The translations under genes and the position numbers were made by a program. A DNA stretch of 64,000 nucleotides from Acidimicrobiia bacterium (lineage in GTDB: Bacteria; Actinomycetota; Acidimicrobiia; Spongiisociales; ZC4RG35), in the NCBI GenBank assembly GCA_965203555.1, contig CBDBCY010000004.1, positions 736,001-800,000 on the forward strand. Direction: 5' to 3'. Of this stretch, positions 21,862 through 30,155 are shown one piece after another. The notes under the pieces are model-generated. The model ran no database searches, was not told the DNA's origin, and was given only the letters and a program-made list of their open reading frames with translations. Numbering within the stretch: position 1 is the first letter of the stretch; every line of letters starts with the position of its first letter.

Positions 21862-24447
21862 TCAGCCTCCACCGGAATAGACGACATTGCCCATACTGGC
21901 CTCCGGATTGTCGGAATTCTCGTGGTAAACCACCGTGATCTTTCCGGAACCGCAGTCGCCGAAATCGTCACAACTAATCACACCGATCAGCCCCTGATAG
22001 CCGGAAACGTCGTCGAGGTATGCACGCACCCCCTGTCGGTCGACTACCAGGGCGCCGTCCTCGTTGATGTGCGAGGCGCGGGCGATGGCGTCCAACAGCA
22101 TGGTGGTCGCGTCGTAGCCGTGCGCCCAGAACGGAGCGGCAGGCGGTTCGCCGTAGTCCCTCTCGTAGGCGGCCAGGAAGTCATTCGCCGACTTCCCGGT
22201 GCTCTCGTTGACGTTTTCGCCGAACCGGGTGTCGGGACCGGAGAAATACATGCCCTCGGTCTGGGAGAGAGCCAGATACGAAGTGTTCAGCAGACCGTCG
22301 GCCGCAAGCAGCACGGTGTCCTCCAGGCCCGCAACCCCCGGCGCCTGCTCAGCGATGAAGTCGCCGGCGGGCTGGAAGATCGGGAAGAACAGGGCACCCG
22401 GACTGCCGGCCGCGATCTCGGTCAGCACCGGCACCATGTCGGTGTCCTCCTTGTTCACGGCCGAGAAGCCGGTCACGTCACCACCCAATAGAGCAAACGC
22501 ATCGGTGAACGCCTTGGCCAGACCCTGCGTGTAGGGATCTCCGTCATGGATGGCGGCCGCGGCCGTTATGCCGAGTTCGCTGTAGACAAAGTCCGCCATG
22601 ACCCGACCTTGGAACAGGTCGTTGTGGGCCGTCCGGTAGTAGCCATAGCTGTAGTTCGGTCCGGCCGTACCAGCCAGGTCCGAGGTGAGCGCCGGTGACG
22701 TGTTGCCACCCGAAATCAGCACCATCCCCGCATCGGTGATCAAAGGCGCCGCGGCGGTGGCCGCGCCCGAACACGAGGTTCCGATCACACCGATCACGTC
22801 CTCGTCGGCAACGATGATCTGGGCCGCGGCCTGACCTCCGTCGTTGGAACACAGGTCGTCGAGTCCGGTGCCCATATCGACATCGAAGCCATGAATCTGC
22901 CCATAATCCGCAATCGCCAGAACCACGGACCGTTCAATAGGAAGACCGAAGAAGGCCACATCGCCCGTAATAGCGTTCAGGGAGCGGATCTGGATGGCTT
23001 CTCCCGGCTCTACCAGAACAGTACCCAGAGAGCCGTCGCCAAGGGGTTCCATCGCTCCCTCTCCGCTGCCTCCTCCGGAGTAGACAACGTTGCCCATAGT
23101 TGCCTCGGGATCGGCAGAGCTGGAGTGATAGACCACTGTGATCAGTTGAGAACCGCAGTCGCCGAAGTCATCACAACTGATGAGCCCGATGAGACCCTGG
23201 TAGTCCTCGATGTTGTCGAGGTACTCGCGTACTCCCTGACGGTCGACCATCAATGAGCCGTCCTCGGAGATGTACGAAGCGGCCTCGATGGCATCCAGCA
23301 GCATGGTGGTCGCGTCGTAGCCGTGCGCCCAGAACGGAGCGGCAGGCGGTTCGCCGTAGTCCCTCTCGTAGGCGGCCAGGAAGTCATTCGCCGACTTCCC
23401 GGTGCTCTCGTTGACGTTTTCGCCGAACCGGGTGTCGGGACCGGAGAAGTACATGCCCTCGGTCTGGGAGAGAGCCAGATACGAAGTGTTCAGCAGACCG
23501 TCGGCCGCAAGCAGCACGGTCTCCTCCAAGCCGGAGACGCCGGGCGCTTGCTCAGCGATGAAGTCGCCGGCGGGCTGGAAGATCGGGAAGAACAGGGCAC
23601 CCGGACTGCCGGCCGCGATCTCGGTCAGCACCGGCACCATGTCGGTGTCCTCCTTGTTCACGGCCGAGAAGCCGGTCACGTCACCACCCAGCGCGTCGAA
23701 CGCATCGGTGAACGCCTTCGCCAAACCCTGCGTGTACGGATCTCCGTCATGGATGGCGGCCGCCGTGCCAATGCCCAGTTCGTTGAAGACGAACTCGGCC
23801 ATGACCCTGCCCTGGAACAGGTCGTTGTGGGCCGTCCGGTAGTAGCCATAGCTGTAGTTCGGTCCGGCCGTACCAGCCAGGTCCGAGGTGAGCGCCGGTG
23901 ACGTGTTGCCACCCGAAATCAGCACCATCCCCGCATCGGTGATCAAAGGCGCCGCGGCGGTGGCCGCGCCGGAACACGAGGTTCCGATCACACCGATCAC
24001 GTCCTCGTCGGCAACGATGATCTGGGCCGCGGCCTGACCTCCGTCGTTGGAACACAGGTCGTCGAGTCCGGTGCCCATATCGACATCGAAGCCATGAATC
24101 TGCCCATAATCGGCAATCGCCAGAACCACGGAACGTTCGATGGGAAGACCGAAGAAAGCCACATCACCCGTAATAGCGTTCAGAGACCTGATCTGAACGG
24201 CGTCACCCGGCTCTACCTCCACAACACCCAAAGAACCGTCGCCGAGATGCTCCATCATAGGCATCTCCTCGCCCACCTCTGCGGGGGGCGCGGTGGTCTC
24301 GGTCCCAGCCGCGGGCGCGGTGGTCTCAGTCGCAGACGGCTCCTCGGCATCGCCGTCACCGCAGGCTGAAGCCACGAGCGCCAGACAGGACAGCACCACC
24401 ACCGCCTTCAGGAAGGTCCTAAATCGGGAAGTCCTTCTAACAAACAT
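21862..24447 (-). CDS. Liv-type substrate-binding lipoprotein with two tandem binding domains
   Basis: Lipobox ASAC; two ~400-aa type I periplasmic binding domains (GTSCSG, YYRTAHND, YDA); SD AAGGAGG upstream. Confidence 0.9.
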   Translation of the reverse strand: MFVRRTSRFRTFLKAVVVLSCLALVASACGDGDAEEPSATETTAPAAGTETTAPPAEVGEEMPMMEHLGDGSLGVVEVEPGDAVQIRSLNAITGDVAFFGLPIERSVVLAIADYGQIHGFDVDMGTGLDDLCSNDGGQAAAQIIVADEDVIGVIGTSCSGAATAAAPLITDAGMVLISGGNTSPALTSDLAGTAGPNYSYGYYRTAHNDLFQGRVMAEFVFNELGIGTAAAIHDGDPYTQGLAKAFTDAFDALGGDVTGFSAVNKEDTDMVPVLTEIAAGSPGALFFPIFQPAGDFIAEQAPGVSGLEETVLLAADGLLNTSYLALSQTEGMYFSGPDTRFGENVNESTGKSANDFLAAYERDYGEPPAAPFWAHGYDATTMLLDAIEAASYISEDGSLMVDRQGVREYLDNIEDYQGLIGLISCDDFGDCGSQLITVVYHSSSADPEATMGNVVYSGGGSGEGAMEPLGDGSLGTVLVEPGEAIQIRSLNAITGDVAFFGLPIERSVVLAIADYGQIHGFDVDMGTGLDDLCSNDGGQAAAQIIVADEDVIGVIGTSCSGAATAAAPLITDAGMVLISGGNTSPALTSDLAGTAGPNYSYGYYRTAHNDLFQGRVMADFVYSELGITAAAAIHDGDPYTQGLAKAFTDAFALLGGDVTGFSAVNKEDTDMVPVLTEIAAGSPGALFFPIFQPAGDFIAEQAPGVAGLEDTVLLAADGLLNTSYLALSQTEGMYFSGPDTRFGENVNESTGKSANDFLAAYERDYGEPPAAPFWAHGYDATTMLLDAIARASHINEDGALVVDRQGVRAYLDDVSGYQGLIGVISCDDFGDCGSGKITVVYHENSDNPEASMGNVVYSGGG
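21865..24248. repeat. Direct tandem duplication, period 1,203 bp (about 21865-23045 and 23068-24248)
   Basis: Anchors match at a constant offset of 1203 (21865/23068, 23038/24241, and the paired off-frame ORFs 22544/23747). Confidence 0.95.
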
Positions 24448-24501
24448 AACTAGTCTGCCTCCTTTTCCTTCGAAGTCGGTAGTTCTGCGGGCGTTCGATG
24501 T

Positions 24502-24585
24502 TCAGTCCGCGAGAAAACAGCCTCTTCCCATGTCTGACCCCGTCCTCCGTACAAGGAGGTCCTCCTTCATAAGGACCTCCTTTTT
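24502..24585 (-). promoter_or_regulatory. Leader element: 22-aa uORF (24502-24570) whose SD lies in a perfect 11-bp inverted repeat
   Basis: AAGGAGGTCCT (24553-24563) / AGGACCTCCTT (24572-24582); minus strand reads AAGGAGG-tcctt-ATG then MKEDLLVRRTGSDMGRGCFLAD*. Confidence 0.5.
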
Positions 24586-24710
24586 CGAAGACAAAATGCA
24601 CCGCACCCGAAATGATAGTGCGCTTTGGGTAAATTATTTGGGCATCTACAACCGGTTTTCTGACAACACTCTGTGTTCACAGCTTGCGGAATGCAAGCAA
24701 GAGGTATTCT

Positions 24711-25553
24711 CTAACGCCCCTTGGGATGCCACACCGTCTTGATTTCCGTGAACGCGGCAATCCGGTACGGACTCCGGCCGGGGACGTCCCAGCGGCCGAT
24801 GCGCTTGAGATTGTGAGAGGCGGCTTCTTCCAGCCCGGTGGAGAACTCGGAAGAGACCCCCGACAGATCCAGGGCGTTGACATCCATGTGACCGGCCAGC
24901 CAGTGGGCCAGTTCGGCAGAAGACCCGGTGAGGATGTTGACCGCGCCGGGCGGGACATCGGCCGTGGCCACAGCCTCGGCAAAGGTTACGGCGGTGATCG
25001 GCCGCGAGGAGGAAGCCAGCAACACGGCAACGTTACCGCTCACCATCACCGGCGCCAGCGCCCCCACCAATCCCAGCAGAGCCGGTTGGTCGGGAGAAAT
25101 GACACCCACCACTCCCACCGGCTCGGGGGTGGAGATGTTGAAATAGGGCCCCGCCACCGGATTCGTGCTCCCGATCACCTGCTGGTATTTATCACACCAA
25201 CCTGCGTACCAGATCAAGAGATCGATCGCTTCCGACACCTCTCTGCGAGCCGAGTCGATCGGCGCCCCGAGCGCCAACTGGCCGATGAAGGTCTCTGCGC
25301 GGTCTTCGATCATCTCGGCAATCCGATAGAGGATCTGGCCCCGGTTGTAACCGGAACGCCCTTTCCAACCGGGGAGTGCCCGGCGGGCCGCTCGCACCGC
25401 CATTCGCAGGTCCTTGCGGGAAGCCTGGGACATTTGGACGCTCACCGACCCGTCATCTGAGACGTAACCGAAGGTACGCCCGGACTCCGAACGGGGAAAA
25501 CGCCCGTCGATGAAGAGCTTGCAGGTCTTGCGAACAGCCACCCGCTCTTCCAT
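24711..25553 (-). CDS. Short aldehyde dehydrogenase-family protein (partner of the upstream ALDH)
   Basis: KTCKLFIDGRFPRSESGR, YAGWCDK, EIKTVWHP; no GQxC catalytic segment. Confidence 0.85.
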   Translation of the reverse strand: MEERVAVRKTCKLFIDGRFPRSESGRTFGYVSDDGSVSVQMSQASRKDLRMAVRAARRALPGWKGRSGYNRGQILYRIAEMIEDRAETFIGQLALGAPIDSARREVSEAIDLLIWYAGWCDKYQQVIGSTNPVAGPYFNISTPEPVGVVGVISPDQPALLGLVGALAPVMVSGNVAVLLASSSRPITAVTFAEAVATADVPPGAVNILTGSSAELAHWLAGHMDVNALDLSGVSSEFSTGLEEAASHNLKRIGRWDVPGRSPYRIAAFTEIKTVWHPKGR

Positions 25554-27032
25554 CTATCCCACTCCCTTCAGATACGCCGCCAGTCCGTGACGGCCTCCCT
25601 CTCTCCCGAAACCGGACTCCTTCACCCCTCCAAAAGGCGACGCCGGATCGAACTGGTTGTACGTGTTGGCCCACACCACTCCCGAAGCGAGCCGATCGGC
25701 CATCCACAGTATCCGCGATCCCTTGGATGTCCATACCCCGGAGGCCAAACCGTAAGGAGTGTTGTTGGCCCGGTCCACCGCCTCCGCCGGGGTCCGGAAG
25801 GTGAGTATCGACAGCACCGGACCGAATATTTCCTCCTGGGCGATGCGGTGTGACTGGGAGACTTCCGTGAACAGCGTGGGAGGGAACCAGTACCCGCGGT
25901 CCGGCAACCGGCACGCAGGCTGGTAGATGAGCGCTCCCTCCTTCCGCCCCGACTCTACCAGGCCGGTGATCTTCTCCAGCTGTGCCGCCGAGTTGATGGC
26001 CCCCACGTCGGTGTTCTTGTCCAGGGGATCCCCCACCCTCAGAGTGGCAAGACGCCGACGGAGTCGCTCCACGAACTCGGTTGCGACAGATTCCTGGACC
26101 AGGAGTCTGCTTCCCGCACAGCAGACTTGACCCTGGTTGAAGAAAATCCCGTTCACCACCCCCTCCACCGCCTGGTCCATGGGGGCGTCTTCGAACACGA
26201 TATGCGCCCCCTTTCCACCCAATTCCAGGGTCAGTGACTTCCCGGCGCCGGCCAACCGCCTGCGGATCTGTTTACCCACCTCCGTCGAGCCGGTGAATGC
26301 CACCTTGTCCACTCCCCGGTGGCCCACCAGGTCCGCTCCGGTCCGGCCCGCTCCCGTAATGACATTCAGCACCCCCGGCGGGAGGCCGGCGTCGGCCGTC
26401 AATTCCGCCAATCGCATCGCCGAGAGCGGCGTTGTCTCAGCAGGCTTGAGCACCACCGTGTTGCCGGTGGCCAGGGCGGGGGCGATCTTCCAGGCCGCCA
26501 TCAGCAGCGGGAAGTTCCACGGTATCACCTGTCCCACCACGCCCAGGGGCCGGGGCTCGACCCCCGTGAAGGCGTACTCCAACTTGTCGGCCCAGCCGGC
26601 GTGATAGAAGAAGTGAGCAGCCACCAAGGGCAGATCAACATCCCGCGCCTCCCTGATGGGCTTTCCCCCGTCCCGGGTGTCGAGGACGGCCAACTCCCGG
26701 CTCCGTTCCTGGATGAGACGGGCGATCCGGAACAGAAGCTTCGCCCGGTCACTTGCCGGACGCGCCGCCCAATCACCGGCGGCGGCCATCGCCGACTTCA
26801 CCGCCCGATCAACATCGGCGGGACCCGCCTCGGCCACCATCGCCAAGTGGTCCTCGGTGGCCGGCTCGATGGAAGGGAACCACTTCCCGGAAAGGGGTTC
26901 CACCTCTCTACCCTCAATCCACAACCCGTACCGGTCGCGGACCGCGGCCAGGCCCGGGTTCTCTCTCGACTCTTGATATTCCCACAGAGGAAAACTGCCT
27001 TCAGATTCGGGAACAGGATGGCGACTACCCAT
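25554..27032 (-). CDS. Aldehyde dehydrogenase
   Basis: PWNFPL, KPAETTP, FTGSTEVG, LELGGK, NQGQVCCAG, EEIFGP. Confidence 0.95.
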   Translation of the reverse strand: MGSRHPVPESEGSFPLWEYQESRENPGLAAVRDRYGLWIEGREVEPLSGKWFPSIEPATEDHLAMVAEAGPADVDRAVKSAMAAAGDWAARPASDRAKLLFRIARLIQERSRELAVLDTRDGGKPIREARDVDLPLVAAHFFYHAGWADKLEYAFTGVEPRPLGVVGQVIPWNFPLLMAAWKIAPALATGNTVVLKPAETTPLSAMRLAELTADAGLPPGVLNVITGAGRTGADLVGHRGVDKVAFTGSTEVGKQIRRRLAGAGKSLTLELGGKGAHIVFEDAPMDQAVEGVVNGIFFNQGQVCCAGSRLLVQESVATEFVERLRRRLATLRVGDPLDKNTDVGAINSAAQLEKITGLVESGRKEGALIYQPACRLPDRGYWFPPTLFTEVSQSHRIAQEEIFGPVLSILTFRTPAEAVDRANNTPYGLASGVWTSKGSRILWMADRLASGVVWANTYNQFDPASPFGGVKESGFGREGGRHGLAAYLKGVG

Positions 27033-27034
27033 GC

Positions 27035-27994
27035 CTAGGCCCTGGTGAAGTAGTCAGCCGATTGATAGCGGCCGGTATTCAACCATCTGATTTGCATGAG
27101 CAGATCGTTGAGCAGGGACGAAGCGCCGAACCTGAACCTTTGCGGAGTCATCCAGTCCAGACCCAGGGTCTCATTCAGGACCACCAACCACTTGATGGCC
27201 TGTTTGGCGGCGCCGATCCCCCCGGCAGGCTTCATGCCAACCGCTCGTCCGGTCATCCGGTGAAAGTCCCGGATCGCCTCCAGCATTACCAAGGTGACCG
27301 GCAGAGTGGCTGCCGGTCGCACCTTACCGGTGGAAGTCTTGATGAAATCCGCCCCTGCCGCCATGGCCAGCATCGACGCCTTCCGGACATTGTCATAGGA
27401 TCCCAGTTCTCCGGTCTCGAGGATTACCTTCAAACACGCCTCCCCCGCCGCCTCCCGCACCGCCGCCACCTCCTCGAAGACCTTGCGGTAGTCCCCTGCC
27501 AGGAATGCCCCCCGGTCGATCACCATATCCACCTCCTCTGCGCCGTCGGACACCACCCGTCGAGTCTCGGCAACCTTCAAATCGAGCGGCGCCTGCCCGG
27601 ACGGGAAGTAGGTGGACACCGCCGCCACCCGCACGCCGGATCCGGAAAGGGCCTCCGCCGCCATACCGACCAGGTTCGGATAAACACACACAGCCGCCAC
27701 CGAAGGGATGGAGGGATCGGTCGGATCCGGTCTGATAGCCTTGTATGACAGTTGTCTTACTTTTCCAATAGTGTCCATTCCTTCCAGGGTGGTCAGATCG
27801 GTCATTGCTATCGCGGTCCTCAGCGCCCACATTTTGGATTCTCGCTTTATCGAACGGGTGGAGAGCGTCGCCACCCTCTGCTCCACCATCACCTCGTCGG
27901 TCGGTCCCACCGATCGCATGAGCGAGGGAATATCTCGACCTGACGCTACCGCCCATCCCTTATCAACAGAAAGCGCCAATGCATGTTCGGCCAT
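27035..27994 (-). CDS. deoC: Deoxyribose-phosphate aldolase
   Basis: DLTTLEG, AAVCVYP, EVDMVI, KVILETG, FIKTSTGK, KPAGG, RFGASSLL; TACAAT-N9-ATG at the start. Confidence 0.95.
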   Translation of the reverse strand: MAEHALALSVDKGWAVASGRDIPSLMRSVGPTDEVMVEQRVATLSTRSIKRESKMWALRTAIAMTDLTTLEGMDTIGKVRQLSYKAIRPDPTDPSIPSVAAVCVYPNLVGMAAEALSGSGVRVAAVSTYFPSGQAPLDLKVAETRRVVSDGAEEVDMVIDRGAFLAGDYRKVFEEVAAVREAAGEACLKVILETGELGSYDNVRKASMLAMAAGADFIKTSTGKVRPAATLPVTLVMLEAIRDFHRMTGRAVGMKPAGGIGAAKQAIKWLVVLNETLGLDWMTPQRFRFGASSLLNDLLMQIRWLNTGRYQSADYFTRA

Positions 27995-28981
27995 AAAGAA
28001 TCGATTGTAGGAACTCTGGCCTCCGGCAGGTCCGGGCGGGACGGACGGTGGCAGGCGGTCACTCACAACCCCTGGATACCTATCCTCATCGCATCGCTTG
28101 CCTGGGGAAGCGCTCCCGCCGCCAACCGGGCAATCCTGCTGAACGGGGTGAACCCCTTCACCATCTTTCCTCTCAAACAGGTGGGAGGGGCCATGGTGAT
28201 GATCGGCGCCCTGGCCCTGTTCAGACGCCTGCCCAGGTTTGATTTCCAATCCTTTCGGGCCGGGGCGGTAATCGGCATTTACAACATGACCATTCCCACC
28301 ATCCTCTTCACCCTCGGGTTCCAGATAATCCCGGCCAGCATCGGAGCTGTGATCGTGGGAATCATCCCGCTGGTGACCATCCTTTTCACTCACTGGGTAG
28401 TACCGGGGGAAAGCTTCCGGCTCAGCAGACTGCCGGGCCTTCTGGTGGCGATACTGGGAGTGGGAATCATGGGATGGGCGCCAGTCGGCGAAGCCTCCTC
28501 CCGTTGGGTTTACGGGGTCGTAATAACCACCCTGGGCGCCGCCTTCGCCGGATTGGGAGGGGCCTACACTCGCCGCTACGCCGTCCGTCATCCCAACCGA
28601 CAGTTGATTGTCTCCCAGTTCATAACATCCGCAGTGCTCTTGAGCGTTATCTCGATCCCCTTCGACGGATACGCCGGCTATTTGACGATCGACGCCGCCA
28701 GTTTGTGGCTGATCGTGTATCTGGGGGCAGTACCCACTGTCGTCTCTTTCGCCGCGTTCATGTGGGCCTCCCGAATCGCCACCGCCGCCCGCGCCGCCCT
28801 CACCGGATACCTAGTGCCGGTTTTCGGAGCAATAGGAGGAGTGGCGCTGCTCTCCGAACCGGTTACGCTCCAATTGATGGTGGGATTGGCGGCAGTGGCG
28901 ATCGGCATCGTGGTAAGCGACCACCCCGACCGAAAGGACGACCGGAGAAGGGCCGCGGCCCGGGGCGGTTCCCCTTGCTAG
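27983..28981 (+). CDS. EamA/DMT family transporter, copy 1
   Basis: About 10 TM segments, two EamA repeats (LAWGS...; LVPVFGAIGGVALLSEP); start uncertain. Confidence 0.85.
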   Translation: MFGHKESIVGTLASGRSGRDGRWQAVTHNPWIPILIASLAWGSAPAANRAILLNGVNPFTIFPLKQVGGAMVMIGALALFRRLPRFDFQSFRAGAVIGIYNMTIPTILFTLGFQIIPASIGAVIVGIIPLVTILFTHWVVPGESFRLSRLPGLLVAILGVGIMGWAPVGEASSRWVYGVVITTLGAAFAGLGGAYTRRYAVRHPNRQLIVSQFITSAVLLSVISIPFDGYAGYLTIDAASLWLIVYLGAVPTVVSFAAFMWASRIATAARAALTGYLVPVFGAIGGVALLSEPVTLQLMVGLAAVAIGIVVSDHPDRKDDRRRAAARGGSPC

Positions 28982-29143
28982 AGTGATCGTCAGGGATCAC
29001 CCCAAGTGGCCGACAGAAGGGGCGTAGCGTCCATGGCCTGCGTCCCGCTGGCGCCTTGCCGGCGAGCTTTCAAAGCAACACCTCACCAGAGAACCACGCC
29101 GCCGCCAGCCTCGCCTCTCCAGACCTGAAGGAATCGTCACCTC

Positions 29144-30142
29144 ATGTTCGGCCACAAGACCCCCATCCAAAGAGTCAGGGGTCAGGCGTCACACTTCGAC
29201 GGCGGGCATTTCAACGCCATCCGGCACAATCCTTGGATCCCCATCGCAATCGCGGCTGCGGCATGGGGAAGCGCACCTGCTGCAAGTCGGACGATTCTCC
29301 TTCTCGGGGTGAGTCCCTTCACCATCTTTCCCCTCAAGCAGGTGGTAGGAGCTTCCGCAATAGTCGTCACCCTGGCGCTGACCGGACGCGATCTCAGAAT
29401 GGACCGGCCGACGTTTCGGGCCGGAGCGGCCATCGGCGTCTTCAACATGACGATTCCCACCATTGCGTTCACACTGGGGTTCCAAGTGATTCCGGCCAGC
29501 ATAGGATCGGTGATCGTGGGAATCATTCCCCTGACCACCATCCTTCTGACTCACTGGGTCGTGCCGGGAGAGAGATTCCGGATCGCCAGGGTGCCCGGCC
29601 TGATGTTCGCAATCTTCGGAATAGGCGTGATGGGCTGGGCGCCCACAGGTCAACCGTCCTCCCAGTGGATTGTGGGAGTTGTCCTGATGACGGTCGGGGC
29701 GGTCTCTGCGGGATTGGGTGGAGCGCTGACCCGTCGTTACGCGGTCCGGCACCGCAATGCTCCTTTGATAGTGTCCCAGTACCTGACTTCCGTCGTCATC
29801 CTGTGCCTCGTATCGATTCCATTCAACGGCTACCAGGGTTACCTCACCATCGACGCCACCGCTTTGTGGTTGATCATCTATCTGGGGGCCGTCCCCACCG
29901 CCGTATCCTTTGCCGCCTTCATGTGGGCTTGCCGGATCACAACCGCGGCCCGGGCTGCCCTGACCGGCTACGTGTCGCCTCTGGTGGGCACCGCCCTGGG
30001 TGTGGTGCTGCTGTCGGAACCAATCACCCTGCAACTGATAGTGGGAATCGCGGCAGTAGCCATTGGAATTGTGGTAAGCGACCGCCCCGACCGCCGGGAT
30101 GACCGGCGAAGGACCACGGCCCGCCCATCCCCACTACGGTAA
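29144..30142 (+). CDS. EamA/DMT family transporter, copy 2
   Basis: Collinear paralogue of the preceding gene with the same length (332 aa). Confidence 0.85.
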   Translation: MFGHKTPIQRVRGQASHFDGGHFNAIRHNPWIPIAIAAAAWGSAPAASRTILLLGVSPFTIFPLKQVVGASAIVVTLALTGRDLRMDRPTFRAGAAIGVFNMTIPTIAFTLGFQVIPASIGSVIVGIIPLTTILLTHWVVPGERFRIARVPGLMFAIFGIGVMGWAPTGQPSSQWIVGVVLMTVGAVSAGLGGALTRRYAVRHRNAPLIVSQYLTSVVILCLVSIPFNGYQGYLTIDATALWLIIYLGAVPTAVSFAAFMWACRITTAARAALTGYVSPLVGTALGVVLLSEPITLQLIVGIAAVAIGIVVSDRPDRRDDRRRTTARPSPLR

Positions 30143-30155
30143 AATGCCAGCACCA

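Noticed and set aside
21865-24248. Long repeat considered as a CRISPR array or a DGR template/variable pair
   Set aside because: It is an in-frame domain duplication; there are no spacers, the differences are not adenine-specific, and no reverse transcriptase or cas genes are present
27995-28591. Apparent N-terminal extension of DeoC (518-aa ORF)
   Set aside because: It is the antisense of the EamA gene. Similar spurious extensions affect eno, livG, korB, rel, tgt and pdxS.
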